A stretch of 64,000 bases of DNA from Faecousia sp. (GCA_045595945.1 JAZOBL010000011.1:852-64851), one strand, 5' to 3'; counted from the first letter of the stretch, positions 1 through 11,166 are shown. Notes: generated from the letters alone by a model not told the origin. Program-made: numbers and translations.

Positions 1-2671
1 ACACCGCCAGAAGCTCACTGCGGTGGTAGCCAAAGCAATCCATCGCGCCGCATTTGATGAAGTTCTCCACGGCACGCTTATTCAATTCTCCCTCACCCAT
101 CCGTTGGATGAAGTCTTCCAGAGATTTGAACGGGCCACCCTCATTGCGTTTGGCAACCATGGTACGGATCAGTCCGCGACCAACATTTTTTACTGCACCC
201 AGACCGAAGCGGATACACTCCCCTTCCACAGCAAAGCTATCCTCACTGTGGTTTACATCCGGCGGCAGCACCGGGATTCCCAGATTCTTGCACTCTGCAA
301 TGTATCCGGAGATCTTCACAGCAGAGTCCAGCACAGAGGTCATCAGCGCCGCCATATACTGCCGGGGATAATGACATTTCAGATAGGCAGTTTGGTAGGA
401 TACCACCGCATAACAAACCGCATGAGCCTTATTGAAGGCATAGTTGGCAAAGTCAACGATCTCATCATAAATAGACTGTGCCGCCTGCTCAGAAACCCCA
501 TTGGCGATGGCGCCGGGAATCCCCTGATCCTTGTCACCGTAGACAAAGACATTGCGCTCGGCGTCGATGACCTTCATTTTCTTTTTGGAAATGGCGCGAC
601 GGATATTGTCAGCCTGTCCCATGGTATAGCCGCCCAGGGAGCGGAAGATCTCAATCACCTGCTCTTGATACACGATGCAGCCGTAAGTGACCTTCAAAAT
701 CGGTTCTAAGAGCGGAGTCTTATAGGTAATCTTCCGGTTGTCCAGCTTGTTGGCAATGAACATGGGGATCGAGTCCATGGGGCCGGGCCGGTACAGAGCC
801 ACAATTGCCGTCATGTCCTCAATGGAGGTAGGCTTCATATTCATACAAACGCCGGTAATACCCGCAGATTCCAGCTGGAAAACGCCCTGAGTCTTGCCCT
901 CGGCCAGCATTTGGAAGGTCTCGGGATCATCGTCCGGTACCTTGTCAATATCAAAGTCCGGCTGGAGCTGACGGATCTGCCGCTCTGCATCCTCGATAAC
1001 CGTCAAATTTCGCAGGCCCAAAAAGTCCATTTTCAGAAGGCCCAGTTCCTCAATGGTGGTCATAGTGTACTGGGTGACAATGGTATCGTCGTTCCGGGAC
1101 AAAGGTACATAGGCGCTCACCGGGTCGGCGGTGATCACCACACCGGCAGCATGGGTAGAGGTATTTCTGGGCATACCCTCCAGACTCATTGCCGTGTCGA
1201 TCAGCAGTTTTACCCGCTCATCGCCGTCATACATCTCCTTGAGTTTGGGAGATACATTTAATGCATCCTTCAGTGTGATGTGCAACGGCATGGTAGGCAC
1301 CAGCTTGGCAACCACATCGGTTTCTGCATAGCTGAAGTTCAGTGCCCGGCCTACATCCCGAATCGCACCACGGGCTGCCATGGTACCGAAGGTAGCGATT
1401 TGCGCCACATGGTCTTTGCCGTACTTGTCCATCACATAGTCAATGACTTCCCCACGGCGTTCCTGGCAAAAATCTGTATCAAAGTCGGGCATACTGACCC
1501 GCTCCGGATTCAAGAACCGCTCAAAGATCAGTGCATACTTCATGGGATCCACTTCCGTGATGTGCAGACAGTACGCCACAATGGAAGCTGCGCCGGAGCC
1601 ACGACCCGGACCGACCGGAATGCCGGATTGCTTGGCATAGCGGATAAAATCCCAAACGATGAGATAATAGTTTACATAGCCCATACGGCTGATAACACTG
1701 ATCTCATATTCCAGCCGCTGCTGATAGCTTTCGGGGGCATCAGGATACCGCTCCTGGAAGCCGTCATTGCAGAGCTTTCGGAAATATTCCTCGTTAGTGT
1801 AGCCCTCCGGTACGGGGAACGAGGGCAGATGGTATTCGTTAAAGACAAACTCCAGATTGCAGCGGTCTGCGATCTTGGTAGTGTTTTCAAAGGCCTCATC
1901 GCAATTGGGGAACAGCTGCCGCAATTCCTCCTCGCTCTTTAAGTAAAACTCGTCGGTCTGAAATTTCATTCTGTTGGGATCGTCCACTGTTTTGCCGGTC
2001 TGGATGCACAGGAGCACATCCTGCATGGTGGCGTCCTCTCTGCGCAGGTAGTGGGCGTCGTTGGAGACGATCAAAGGCAGTCCGGTCTCTCTTGCGATCC
2101 GCAGGATCCCCTGATTCACCGGAAGCTGCTCCGGGATACCGTGATCCTGCAGCTCCAAATAGAAGTGATCCTCACCAAAGATCTCTGCCATCTGCAGAGC
2201 ATAAGTCTTGGCGGCATCATAATCCTCCTGCAGCAGGCGCTGCTGGATGCCGCCGGCAAGGCAGGCGGAGGTGGCTATGAGGCCCTCGTGATATTGCCGC
2301 AGCAGATCCAGATCCACTCTGGGTTTTCCATAGAATCCGCGCATAAATGCCTCAGACACCAGCATGCAGAGGTTTTCGTAACCCTTCCGGTCTTTACATA
2401 GCAACACTAGATGATATGGGTCGTTGTCCACCCCGTGGACGCGGTCTGCCATGGTTCTGGGGGCAACATACACCTCACAGCCGATAATCGGCTTAATACC
2501 GGCGGCCTTAGCGGCCTTATAAAAATCAATACAGCCATACATCACGCCATGGTCTGTAATGGCCACTGCGCTCTGTCCCAGCTCCTTGACCCGGTCCATA
2601 ATGCCGCTGATGCGGCAGGCGCCGTCCAAAAGGCTGTACTCTGTATGGACATGAAGATGTACAAAACTCAT
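1..2671 (-). CDS. dnaE: DNA polymerase III alpha subunit (3' end outside window)
   Basis: Not in the ORF track. Manual translation from ATG 2671 gives MSFVHLHVHTEYSLLDGACR (PHP domain start) and later GPGRGSGAASIVAYCL and PDFDTDF; ATGA overlap with the whiA stop. Confidence 0.96.
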   Translation of the reverse strand, partial: MSFVHLHVHTEYSLLDGACRISGIMDRVKELGQSAVAITDHGVMYGCIDFYKAAKAAGIKPIIGCEVYVAPRTMADRVHGVDNDPYHLVLLCKDRKGYENLCMLVSEAFMRGFYGKPRVDLDLLRQYHEGLIATSACLAGGIQQRLLQEDYDAAKTYALQMAEIFGEDHFYLELQDHGIPEQLPVNQGILRIARETGLPLIVSNDAHYLRREDATMQDVLLCIQTGKTVDDPNRMKFQTDEFYLKSEEELRQLFPNCDEAFENTTKIADRCNLEFVFNEYHLPSFPVPEGYTNEEYFRKLCNDGFQERYPDAPESYQQRLEYEISVISRMGYVNYYLIVWDFIRYAKQSGIPVGPGRGSGAASIVAYCLHITEVDPMKYALIFERFLNPERVSMPDFDTDFCQERRGEVIDYVMDKYGKDHVAQIATFGTMAARGAIRDVGRALNFSYAETDVVAKLVPTMPLHITLKDALNVSPKLKEMYDGDERVKLLIDTAMSLEGMPRNTSTHAAGVVITADPVSAYVPLSRNDDTIVTQYTMTTIEELGLLKMDFLGLRNLTVIEDAERQIRQLQPDFDIDKVPDDDPETFQMLAEGKTQGVFQLESAGITGVCMNMKPTSIEDMTAIVALYRPGPMDSIPMFIANKLDNRKITYKTPLLEPILKVTYGCIVYQEQVIEIFRSLGGYTMGQADNIRRAISKKKMKVIDAERNVFVYGDKDQGIPGAIANGVSEQAAQSIYDEIVDFANYAFNKAHAVCYAVVSYQTAYLKCHYPRQYMAALMTSVLDSAVKISGYIAECKNLGIPVLPPDVNHSEDSFAVEGECIRFGLGAVKNVGRGLIRTMVAKRNEGGPFKSLEDFIQRMGEGELNKRAVENFIKCGAMDCFGYHRSELLAV

Positions 2672-3582
2672 TTCTTCCCCTCCTGTGCCAGCTGCACCAG
2701 CTTTTTCAGCCGGTGATTCATGGCGGGTTTTGTGATGGGCGGCTCCATCATGGCTGCCAGCTCCGTCAGAGAGGCTTCGGGGTTCTCCTCCCTGGCTTTT
2801 GCCGCCTGCAGCAGCTTTTCAGGCAGTTTGTCATAGATACCACCTGTCTTCAATACCCGGATGGCAGACAACTGCTCCTGGGCGGCCTCCACCACCTTAG
2901 AGGTATTGGCATCGTCACAGTTACACCGGCGGTTCACCTTATTGTTCAGTTCCTTCTCCAGCTTGGCCTCAATAATCCCCATAGCGGACACCGGAGCTCC
3001 CAAATAGGTCAGGTAATCGGAGATCAAATCACTCTGCTTAATATAAAGCACATGACCTCCGGCGCGAAACGCGGTTTTCGGCTGAAAAGGAAGCACTTCA
3101 GTAAGCAGGCTGTTACATTCTCTTGCCACGCTGCCATGGGTGGTGGTCAGTTCCAGATGATAGCCCTTTGCGGGGTCTGTTACAGAACCGCCCGCCAAAA
3201 AAGCACCCTTCAAAAAGGCCGCTTTACAACAATCCTCCTCCACAACAGGCAGGTTGATATGCAGCGACAGGGTGTCTTTTGTGCTGAAACCGTAGGCATC
3301 CATGATCAGAGAGATCTTCTCCGGGTCTGTAATCTGGAATATCATCTTTCCCAGGGTTTCCTCCTCAGGAGACACATCAAAGCTCACGCCGAAGGCCTTC
3401 CGAAACAGTTTCGGCAGCATTTGCGCAAATTCACGGCTTTCCGTTATGATTCGGATGCCATCGGCACGAAAGCTGTTACAAAAAAGCAAAATTCCAAAGG
3501 ATTCCGCCAGGGCACAGCAGTTCTTGCTGGGAATATTACGGCAGATCTCTGCCTTTGCATTGCCGGAAAATGAAATCGCCAT
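2668..3582 (-). CDS. whiA: DNA-binding protein WhiA
   Basis: AFLKGAFLAGGSVTDP-YHLE, VNRRCNCDDAN, C-terminal HTH SLTELA...TKPAMNHRLKKL. Confidence 0.95.
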   Translation of the reverse strand: MAISFSGNAKAEICRNIPSKNCCALAESFGILLFCNSFRADGIRIITESREFAQMLPKLFRKAFGVSFDVSPEEETLGKMIFQITDPEKISLIMDAYGFSTKDTLSLHINLPVVEEDCCKAAFLKGAFLAGGSVTDPAKGYHLELTTTHGSVARECNSLLTEVLPFQPKTAFRAGGHVLYIKQSDLISDYLTYLGAPVSAMGIIEAKLEKELNNKVNRRCNCDDANTSKVVEAAQEQLSAIRVLKTGGIYDKLPEKLLQAAKAREENPEASLTELAAMMEPPITKPAMNHRLKKLVQLAQEGKK

Positions 3583-3600
3583 GGCGCACCTCCTCTTTTG

Positions 3601-4512
3601 TTACCAAATACGAACCTCCGGTTCCAAACGGATACCGGTGTCATCCAATACCTTATGGGATACCTGCTGCAGCAGCGCTTTGACATCCTCCGCGGTGGCG
3701 TCCCCTAGGTTTACCACAAACCCGGCGTGCTTCTCAGAGACGGCAGCACCGCCCACCTGATAGCCTTTCAGACCACTCTGTTCGATCAGCGCTGCGGCAT
3801 AACCACCTACGGGACGCTTAAAGGCAGATCCCGCAGAGGGCAGATCCAGAGGCTGGGACGTTCTCCGCTTCCCCATCAGTTCCTGCATCTTCTCCCGAAT
3901 TTCTTCCGCAGGTTTCTTCTCCAGAGTAAAATCGGCACTGATCACGATACCACCTTCATTCTCCAGGCGGCTATGGCGGTAGGAAAACTGCATATCATCC
4001 CGGGATACGGTCCGCAAATTACCCTCCATATCCATCACCTCAGCCTGGGTGAAGACCTGGCAGATCTCACCGCCGTAAGCGCCTGCGTTCATATAAACGC
4101 CGCCGCCCACAGTTCCGGGAATCCCATGGGCAAATTCCAAGCCGGACAGGCCCAGATTCGCAGCGAACACCGCCGCTCTGGCCATGGTCACACCGGCGGC
4201 CACCCGGATATGAGTGTCATCCAGCTGCTCCATGCCGTCCATGCAATCCTTCAGGCAGATCACCAGACCGGAAATGCCCGCGTCCGGCGCCAGTATATTT
4301 GTACCTGCACCTAAAATAGCAGGTTTTTGGTCCAACAAACAGGACACTTTCAGAATTTGAGATAACTCTTCCTTGTTTCGAGGAAAGGCCATCACCTCTA
4401 CAGGGCCACCAATGCGGAAGGAGGTGTGTTTGGCCATAGGTTCATTCAAGCGAAGTTGAAAATCTTTTAGTAAAGCAGTAATTTCCCGCTGAAAATCCGT
4501 CATATTTGTCAT
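3601..4512 (-). CDS. murB: UDP-N-acetylenolpyruvoylglucosamine reductase
   Basis: HTSFRIGG, GIPGTVGGGVYMNAGAYG, SAGSAFKRP, KHAGFVVN, LEPEVR. Confidence 0.97.
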   Translation of the reverse strand: MTNMTDFQREITALLKDFQLRLNEPMAKHTSFRIGGPVEVMAFPRNKEELSQILKVSCLLDQKPAILGAGTNILAPDAGISGLVICLKDCMDGMEQLDDTHIRVAAGVTMARAAVFAANLGLSGLEFAHGIPGTVGGGVYMNAGAYGGEICQVFTQAEVMDMEGNLRTVSRDDMQFSYRHSRLENEGGIVISADFTLEKKPAEEIREKMQELMGKRRTSQPLDLPSAGSAFKRPVGGYAAALIEQSGLKGYQVGGAAVSEKHAGFVVNLGDATAEDVKALLQQVSHKVLDDTGIRLEPEVRIW

Positions 4513-4601
4513 AAACTCCTCCGGGCGTAAACTTAGTTACAGTATAGCATATTTGTAACTACTATGCAATTATTCCGCCAGTATTTTTTACGAAAAAACG
4601 C

Positions 4602-4629
4602 AAAAAAGCAGCCGGGAAAACCCGGCTGC
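4602..4629 (-). terminator. Intrinsic terminator after the ferredoxin gene
   Basis: GCAGCCGGG/CCCGGCTGC hairpin with T-run on minus strand. Confidence 0.75.
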
Positions 4630-4642
4630 CAATATGTATGCC

Positions 4643-5029
4643 TTACTTTTCTACGATCTCCAAAATTTCCATAGGGCAAGCCTTGACACAGATGCCGCAG
4701 GCGATACATTTGGAGGTAGGGCCTTCCTGGGGTGCCACCATAACCTTCATGGGGCAAATTTCCACACACTTGCCGCAGGAGGTGCAGAGCTTTTTATTAA
4801 TCATATAAACGCCGGTCTTGGGATTCTGGGTGATGGCGCCGGCCTCACACACCTTTGCGCACTTACCGCACTGGATGCAGACCATAGGTTTTGCTGTGCC
4901 GTTCTTATCCACAATTTGAATGCAGGACAGATCCGGATGGAATTGCTTATAGAAAGCAGTTGAGCATGCGTTAACGCACTGCAGACATGCCATACACTCT
5001 GCGCCTTTTTTAACAGTGAGCTTCTTCAT
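4643..5029 (-). CDS. 4Fe-4S multicluster ferredoxin-like protein
   Basis: Four CxxCxxCxxxC motifs. Confidence 0.9.
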   Translation of the reverse strand: MKKLTVKKGAECMACLQCVNACSTAFYKQFHPDLSCIQIVDKNGTAKPMVCIQCGKCAKVCEAGAITQNPKTGVYMINKKLCTSCGKCVEICPMKVMVAPQEGPTSKCIACGICVKACPMEILEIVEK

Positions 5030-5221
5030 AAGTAAGGAACTCTCCTTTTTTCATATATTTCCTAAATATTATACAGGAAACATAGCAAAATAGCAATGGC
5101 ATATTTCAAAATTTATTTCTTTTCTTTACAAACTTTTTTGCGCAAACTGGCGTTTTTTTCCCGGACTAAGTACCGCAATCCCGGAAAAACTAGCTATGGA
5201 ATCAAAAGAAGGAGGATTCAT

Positions 5222-5536
5222 ATGAAACTGATTACCGTTTTTATTGTGAGTGTCGTAATGGCATTTTCTCTGTGCGCCTGTAGCTGCTCTAACACTGAGC
5301 CTGCCACTACACCTCCGGCAACCACAAGACCCACCACAGCACCTACTACTGAAGCAACTGTCATGCCTACGGAAACCATGACCATCCCGGTTCCCGAAAC
5401 CAATGTCCCGGACACCGGTGTAGAAACAGGAGAGCCTGGCATGAACGATTCCACCAACGGAACCGACTCCACCGGCACTACCGATTCTATGAACGGTGCC
5501 CGGAGCAGAATGCATCGCAGATCCTCAGTAAACTAA
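5222..5536 (+). CDS. Small Thr/Pro-rich lipoprotein
   Basis: AGGAGG RBS before ATG 5222; hydrophobic leader with lipobox-like SLCAC; low-complexity T/P body. Confidence 0.75.
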   Translation: MKLITVFIVSVVMAFSLCACSCSNTEPATTPPATTRPTTAPTTEATVMPTETMTIPVPETNVPDTGVETGEPGMNDSTNGTDSTGTTDSMNGARSRMHRRSSVN

Positions 5537-5537
5537 C

Positions 5538-5570
5538 AAAAAATCCCGCAAATCATTTGCGGGATTTTTT
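5538..5570. terminator. Bidirectional intrinsic terminator
   Basis: AAAAAATCCCGCAAAT/ATTTGCGGGATTTTTT between convergent genes. Confidence 0.85.
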
Positions 5571-5575
5571 ATATC

Positions 5576-6454
5576 TTACAGAATGGTAATATAGCGCAGT
5601 AGGTTTTTCTTGGTTCGTTCCGCCGCCCGTGTCGCCTGTTCTATATAGGTGGCGCCTTCTGCATTTTCAGTTCGCCAGGCCTCCAGCACTGAGCTGCCGA
5701 TACAGGCAAGGGCGCCGTGTCCAAGCTTATCAAAGGCGGCGCTGCAATTTTTGGCATTGGCACCGGAATAGTCCGCTCCGTCGATCAGCAAAAACATAGC
5801 CGGATATTTGCTTCGCAGAGTCTTAAGTCCATCTGTGGATGTAGCAGCACCTACACCGCCGATCCGGCTGTAGCCACCCCGTTCCAAATATGGCTCTCCC
5901 AGCCGTTTTGCCAAATCCGCTGCTGCAAGATGCACCAAGCGGGAGCCTGTCATCAGATCCTGCAGCTCTGCAGCGGATTTGTTGGCAGTTCGCAGCAGCA
6001 AAAACAGATCCTTTTCCTGTTCCTTAACCCCTTGGATATAGGGCAGCACACCGTCGCTGCCAATGTAGCAGGACAGCACCAAGCCGTCAAATTTCCATGG
6101 ACTGGACGGATCCAACAGCTGTGTTGCGACCATCTGGGCAGATTGGACTGAGCGGGCTTCCGGGGCATCGAGAATCACATAGTACTCCTGCTCCGCTGCA
6201 TAGGCTAGCAGCTGTTGCAGCAACTGTACGCCATCGCCCCCCAACGCAGCAAAGGTAGCAAAGTCCAAGCGGACAGCGGGAACAATTTCCTTCAGGCCGG
6301 TCAGCAGTTCCCGGGCATAACATCCATAGGCTTCGCAAAAGCTACCTGTGCTCTCCATAACATGGTCAGGTATCTGATTTTCACCAACTGAAAATACCAC
6401 ACACGATGGATTCTTCAGCTTCCTGATCTTCTTTTGCAGCTGATCAACAGACAT
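5576..6454 (-). CDS. PyrF (OMP decarboxylase)-like protein, catalytic motif apparently degenerate
   Basis: Resembles clostridial PyrF (YIGSDGV, LRTANKSAAELQDL, YSRIGGVGAAT), but DAPEARS stands where DxKxxD is expected. Confidence 0.75.
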   Translation of the reverse strand: MSVDQLQKKIRKLKNPSCVVFSVGENQIPDHVMESTGSFCEAYGCYARELLTGLKEIVPAVRLDFATFAALGGDGVQLLQQLLAYAAEQEYYVILDAPEARSVQSAQMVATQLLDPSSPWKFDGLVLSCYIGSDGVLPYIQGVKEQEKDLFLLLRTANKSAAELQDLMTGSRLVHLAAADLAKRLGEPYLERGGYSRIGGVGAATSTDGLKTLRSKYPAMFLLIDGADYSGANAKNCSAAFDKLGHGALACIGSSVLEAWRTENAEGATYIEQATRAAERTKKNLLRYITIL

Positions 6455-6581
6455 ACTAAATCCCCCTTTTCTGCCTTTTTCTGTATTATATCATAAATTT
6501 CGCCATGTGCAACGGAGAGAAACCTTTCCACTTGTAAATTTTTGTTGAAAGGGCAAACTAGCAGTGAAAGGAGGCGAGCAT

Positions 6582-6758
6582 ATGCAAATGAAAGGATTGG
6601 CACTGGCAGTTGGTCTGGGCGCTGCTGCCGGCGCAGTGGCGATTCTGGCCATGCCCCGGAGCAACCCCACCCGCAGGCTGGCAGCAAAGGCTGCCAATAA
6701 GATGGAGGATGTGGCCTGGCGTGTTTCCAACAAACTCACCGACGAGTTTGATCTGTAA
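6582..6758 (+). CDS. Small membrane-anchored protein (YtxH-like architecture)
   Basis: GAAAGGAGG RBS; N-terminal hydrophobic GLGAAAGAVAILAMP; followed by hairpin terminator 6764-6798. Confidence 0.7.
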   Translation: MQMKGLALAVGLGAAAGAVAILAMPRSNPTRRLAAKAANKMEDVAWRVSNKLTDEFDL

Positions 6759-6863
6759 TTTTCGAAACACCTGCATTTCTGTGCAGGTGTTTCTTTTTGT
6801 TGCAGGATGTGTTATAATAAACGCACAATACAGAAAGGAGCGGGTTTTTCCCGGCAAATACAT

Positions 6864-7967
6864 ATGCAATATCGGAAATTCGGCAATACGGATCTGACAC
6901 CTTCTGTTTTGGGCTTTGGTATGATGCGCCTGAAAACTAATGACGATGGCACCATCGATGAGAACTGGGCCATCGAAACTCTGCGCTACGCCATCGACAA
7001 CGGCCTGAGCTATGTGGACACAGCCTATGCATATAAGGACAGTGAGCGGGTCACGGGATTGTGCTTGCAGGACGGATACCGGGAAAAAGTCACCCTGGCC
7101 TCCAAGATGCCGGTATCCTTCCTAAAATGCGAGGAGGATTTCGAAACCATTCTGGAAGAGGAGCTCCGCAGGTTGCAGACGGATCACATCGATATGTATT
7201 TACTGCACGCCCTCAGCCGGGATCGGTGGGAAAATTGCGTGAAAAAGTACAATGTCTTGGCCCATGCGGAAAAAGCCCGGACAGAGGGAAAGATCCGGTA
7301 TCTGGGTTTTAGTTTCCATGATAATCTGGACGCATTTAAGGAAATCTTGAATGGCTACGACAACTGGGACTTCTGCCAAATTCAACTCAATTACATGGAT
7401 ACCCACTATCAGGCTGGTCTGGAGGGTCTGCGGCTGGCACACGAAAAGGGGTTAGCTGTGGTGATCATGGAGCCGCTGCGGGGCGGTCTGCTTGCCAATG
7501 TGCCGGAATCCGTTGCAAAGTTGCTGCCGAAAAATCCTGTGGAAAGCGCCCTGGACTTTCTGTGGAACAGAGAAGAAGTTAATGTTGTGCTTAGCGGCAT
7601 GAGTGAGCTGCAGCAGGTGCAGGAGAACCTTTCCTACGCCGACAGCGCACAAGTGGGAATGCTGACGGAAGCAGAAAATGAAGCCATATTAGCCGCAGGC
7701 GAAGTTATGCGTGGGTCTATAACCGTTCCCTGCACCGGCTGTAATTACTGCGATGTCTGTCCACAGGAAATCGCGATCCCGAAAATTTTCAAGCTGTACA
7801 ATCAAAATCATTATGACGGCGACTATGCTGGTGCCAAGGCCGCCTATCAGGCTTTGGGCGAGAAAAATGCCGAACACTGCATTAGCTGCGGTGCTTGCGT
7901 AGATAAGTGTCCCCAGCAGATCCCGGTGTTCGAAAAGCTTGCTGCCATCCACAAGCGCTACAGCTAA
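6864..7967 (+). CDS. Aldo/keto reductase with C-terminal 4Fe-4S domain
   Basis: SVLGFGMMRL, YVDTAYAY, IDMYLLHAL, IMEPLRGG, CTGCNYC..CP and CISCGACVDKCP. Confidence 0.92.
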   Translation: MQYRKFGNTDLTPSVLGFGMMRLKTNDDGTIDENWAIETLRYAIDNGLSYVDTAYAYKDSERVTGLCLQDGYREKVTLASKMPVSFLKCEEDFETILEEELRRLQTDHIDMYLLHALSRDRWENCVKKYNVLAHAEKARTEGKIRYLGFSFHDNLDAFKEILNGYDNWDFCQIQLNYMDTHYQAGLEGLRLAHEKGLAVVIMEPLRGGLLANVPESVAKLLPKNPVESALDFLWNREEVNVVLSGMSELQQVQENLSYADSAQVGMLTEAENEAILAAGEVMRGSITVPCTGCNYCDVCPQEIAIPKIFKLYNQNHYDGDYAGAKAAYQALGEKNAEHCISCGACVDKCPQQIPVFEKLAAIHKRYS

Positions 7968-7983
7968 AAGTCTATACATAACG

Positions 7984-8019
7984 AATCCCCGACTTTTTGT
8001 GTGAAAAGTCGGGGATTTT
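7984..8019. terminator. Bidirectional terminator
   Basis: AATCCCCGACTTTT/AAAAGTCGGGGATT between convergent genes. Confidence 0.8.
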
Positions 8020-8020
8020 G

Positions 8021-10312
8021 TTATTTTTCTTCCACAGAAATTTCGCCGTCAACCACAGAAACATGGATGGAGGAAATGGGCCTTTCAAAAGAATCGATGA
8101 TCCGCTCGCTGATGGGATCCTCCAGACTCCGCTGGATCTCCCGGCGGAGATTCCGGGCACCATAGGTGACGGAATAGGCCTTCTCTACAAGATAACGCCG
8201 AACTGCGTCATCCCAAGTGAGGCTTAAGCCGCGACCGGACAGGCTTTCCTGCAGCTCCTTGAGCATAATATCCGCAATGCCCAGGAAGTTCTCCTCGGTC
8301 AGGTGGTTGAATGTGATGATCTCATCCACCCGGTTGATAAACTCCGGACGGAGGAACTCCTTCAGCGCCTTCATCGTCTTCTCTTTCACCATATCCTGGT
8401 CAGAGCGGCCAAATCCCAGTCCGCCTACCCGGCCTTCAGAGCCGGCATTGGAGGTCATCACGATGATGGTATTCTCAAAGTTCACCACTCTGCCCTGGGC
8501 ATCGGTGATCCGTCCGTCATCCAGCACCTGCAACAGCACATTCAGTACATCCGGATGGGCCTTTTCAATTTCGTCAAACAGGACCACGGAATAGGGTTTT
8601 CTGCGGATCTTCTCCGTCAGCTGGCCAGCCTCATCATATCCCACATAACCGGGAGGAGAACCGATCAGCTTAGAAACCGTGTGTTTCTCCATAAATTCCG
8701 ACATATCCAACCGGATCAGAGAATCCACAGAGTCAAACAGATCGTTTGCCAGGCACTTTACCAGCTCCGTCTTGCCAACACCGGTGGGACCCACAAAAAT
8801 AAAGGATACCGGGCGGCGCTTGGGGCTGATGCCCACACGGTTTCTGCGAATAGCTTTTGCCACTGCCTCTACGGCCTCGTCCTGACCCACGATATGGGTC
8901 TTCAGCCGGTCAGCAAGACCCTTAATCTGCTGATATTCCTGGGCCTTGATCTTGGATGCGGGGATCTTGGTCCACAGTTCAATGATCCGGGCAAGATTTT
9001 CCATGGTCACCGCAGGGGCAGGGATCTTCTCCAGCTCTTCTATTTCCGTTGCCAGTTGGCATAGTTTACTGCGAATGGTAGCCAGGCGCTCATAATGCTC
9101 GTTTTCCGTATCCTCGGTGAGCATCCGCAGCTCCAGCTCGTAATCATCCCGCTCTTTTTTCTTCTCTGCCAGCAGAGAAATCTCCTTGCAGCGCAGATTT
9201 AAGTCGGAACAGGCCTCATCCAACAGGTCGATTGCTTTATCCGGCAGAAACCGATCGGTAATATACCGCTCGGAGAGCATCACGCACTGACGGGCGATCT
9301 CACCGGAGATGGAAACTCCGTGGAACTGAGCGTAGCTCTTGGCAATGCCCTGCATAATCTGGCAAGCCTCTTCAATGGTTGGCTCTGCCACGGTCACCGG
9401 CTGGAACCGGCGTTCTAAGGCAGCATCTTTTTCAATGTGCTTGCGGTATTCATTGAAGGTAGTTGCGCCGATCACCTGGATCTCGCCCCGGGACAGGGCT
9501 GGCTTGAGGATATTGGCTGCATTCATAGAGCCTTCCGCATCGCCGGCGCCCACCAGATTGTGGACCTCGTCGATCACCAGAATGATGTTACCGCAGGCCT
9601 TGATCTCTGTGATCAGGCTCTTCATACGGCTTTCAAACTGTCCGCGGAACTGAGTACCTGCCACCAGAGCGGTCAAATCCAGCAGGAACACTTCCTTATC
9701 CCGAAGCTTATAGGGCACTTCCCCGGCGGCGATTCGCTGGGCCAGGCCCTCTGCAATGGCAGTTTTACCAACGCCCGGCTCACCGATCAGACAGGGATTG
9801 TTTTTTTGACGCCGGTTAAGGATTTGGATGACCCGCTCGGTCTCCACATCCCGTCCGATCACCTTGTCCAGCTTTCCCTCTCTGGCCCTACCGGTCAGAT
9901 CCATACAGTAGCTATCCAGGAATTTATGCTTTTTATTTTTCTGCTTGGCAGAGTCGGTGTTCTCCGGCTCAGGCTGCTTCTGCTTGGCAGGCAGATTCCC
10001 CTTCTCGCCGCCCATGCTTCCCAGGAGCTGATTGAGCATGGGGAAGGTTGCGGTCTGGCTCTCCGTTTCGTCGGTATCGTCGCCGTCGATCTGGCCGAAC
10101 ATACTGCTCATCTCATCGGTGAGGGTATCCAGATCCTCCTCAGAGAAGCCCATCTGCTTTACTGCCGCATCAATCTGGGGAATTCCCAAACTGCGGGCGC
10201 ACTTCAGGCAATAGCCTTCGTTCATAGACACACCGTTTTCGATCTTTGTAATGAAGACCACGGCCATATTTTTCTTACATTTGGTACACAATCTTGGCTG
10301 CATACACATCAC
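8021..10312 (-). CDS. Clp ATPase, ClpE/ClpC type, with N-terminal Zn-binding domain
   Basis: Two AAA+ modules ([16 protein letters not shown]), PPGYVGYD, N-terminal CxxC...CxxC; start may be at 10303. Confidence 0.93.
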   Translation of the reverse strand: MMCMQPRLCTKCKKNMAVVFITKIENGVSMNEGYCLKCARSLGIPQIDAAVKQMGFSEEDLDTLTDEMSSMFGQIDGDDTDETESQTATFPMLNQLLGSMGGEKGNLPAKQKQPEPENTDSAKQKNKKHKFLDSYCMDLTGRAREGKLDKVIGRDVETERVIQILNRRQKNNPCLIGEPGVGKTAIAEGLAQRIAAGEVPYKLRDKEVFLLDLTALVAGTQFRGQFESRMKSLITEIKACGNIILVIDEVHNLVGAGDAEGSMNAANILKPALSRGEIQVIGATTFNEYRKHIEKDAALERRFQPVTVAEPTIEEACQIMQGIAKSYAQFHGVSISGEIARQCVMLSERYITDRFLPDKAIDLLDEACSDLNLRCKEISLLAEKKKERDDYELELRMLTEDTENEHYERLATIRSKLCQLATEIEELEKIPAPAVTMENLARIIELWTKIPASKIKAQEYQQIKGLADRLKTHIVGQDEAVEAVAKAIRRNRVGISPKRRPVSFIFVGPTGVGKTELVKCLANDLFDSVDSLIRLDMSEFMEKHTVSKLIGSPPGYVGYDEAGQLTEKIRRKPYSVVLFDEIEKAHPDVLNVLLQVLDDGRITDAQGRVVNFENTIIVMTSNAGSEGRVGGLGFGRSDQDMVKEKTMKALKEFLRPEFINRVDEIITFNHLTEENFLGIADIMLKELQESLSGRGLSLTWDDAVRRYLVEKAYSVTYGARNLRREIQRSLEDPISERIIDSFERPISSIHVSVVDGEISVEEK

Positions 10313-10376
10313 GACCTTTCTTCCTTGTGGGTCTTACGGTAGCATACCACACCCACGCCGGAAAAGGAAAAACAAA

Positions 10377-11159
10377 TTATGAATTTTCCGTCGGAATTGG
10401 GACTTCAAACCGATCCACACCGTCATCATACCACAGGTGGGTCATGTAGAGACCGCCAGCTGGCACCGTTGGGCCGGCAGCGGTCCGGTTGCCCTCTTCC
10501 AAAATTTTACCGATCTGCTCCGGGGGGAATTTTCCCTCTGCGGCATACACAACCGTCCCTGCCATGGCACGAGCCATATTATACAGGAAGCCGTTGGCGC
10601 AGACCTTCAGTTCTATAATATTCCCTTTCCGCTCCACGTTATAATAGTATACGGTGCGAACAGTGGATTTTACATCCGTTCCCACGCTGCGTACGGCAGC
10701 AAAATCGTGGGTGCCCACAAACTGATCCGCCGCCTTCTGCATCACGGTCTCATCCAGATGTTTAGGGTAGAACCAAGCACGATTCACATAAAAGGGATCC
10801 CGCACCCGGGAATTGTAAATGGTGTAGGTATATTCCTTCCGGATGCAGGAGCCGATGGCGTTGAAATTTTCATTGACCTCAAAGGCTCTTGTCACCACAA
10901 TATCCACCGGCAGGTGGGTATTGAGCGCATAGGGCAGCCGATCCACGGGAATTGTGGAATCCGTCCGGAAGTTTGCCACATACACGCGTGCGTGGACACC
11001 GGCATCGGTGCGGCCGCAGCCGGTCACGTGGGTCTCGTGTCCAACCACCATGGCAACTGCCTTTTCCAGTGTCTGCTGGACAGTGGAAAGGTTTTTCTGC
11101 ATCTGCCAGCCGTGGTAGGCTGTGCCCTCATAGGTGAGTACCAAAGCAATATTTCGCAT
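10377..11159 (-). CDS. truA: tRNA pseudouridine(38-40) synthase
   Basis: YEGTAYHGWQ, GRTDAGVHA, GFLYNMAR; start MRNIAL. Confidence 0.96.
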   Translation of the reverse strand: MRNIALVLTYEGTAYHGWQMQKNLSTVQQTLEKAVAMVVGHETHVTGCGRTDAGVHARVYVANFRTDSTIPVDRLPYALNTHLPVDIVVTRAFEVNENFNAIGSCIRKEYTYTIYNSRVRDPFYVNRAWFYPKHLDETVMQKAADQFVGTHDFAAVRSVGTDVKSTVRTVYYYNVERKGNIIELKVCANGFLYNMARAMAGTVVYAAEGKFPPEQIGKILEEGNRTAAGPTVPAGGLYMTHLWYDDGVDRFEVPIPTENS

Positions 11160-11166
11160 AGCTACC

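Noticed and set aside
2668-4512. murB directly adjacent to whiA without rapZ/yvcK
   Set aside because: Ordinary gene-order variation with no remnant visible
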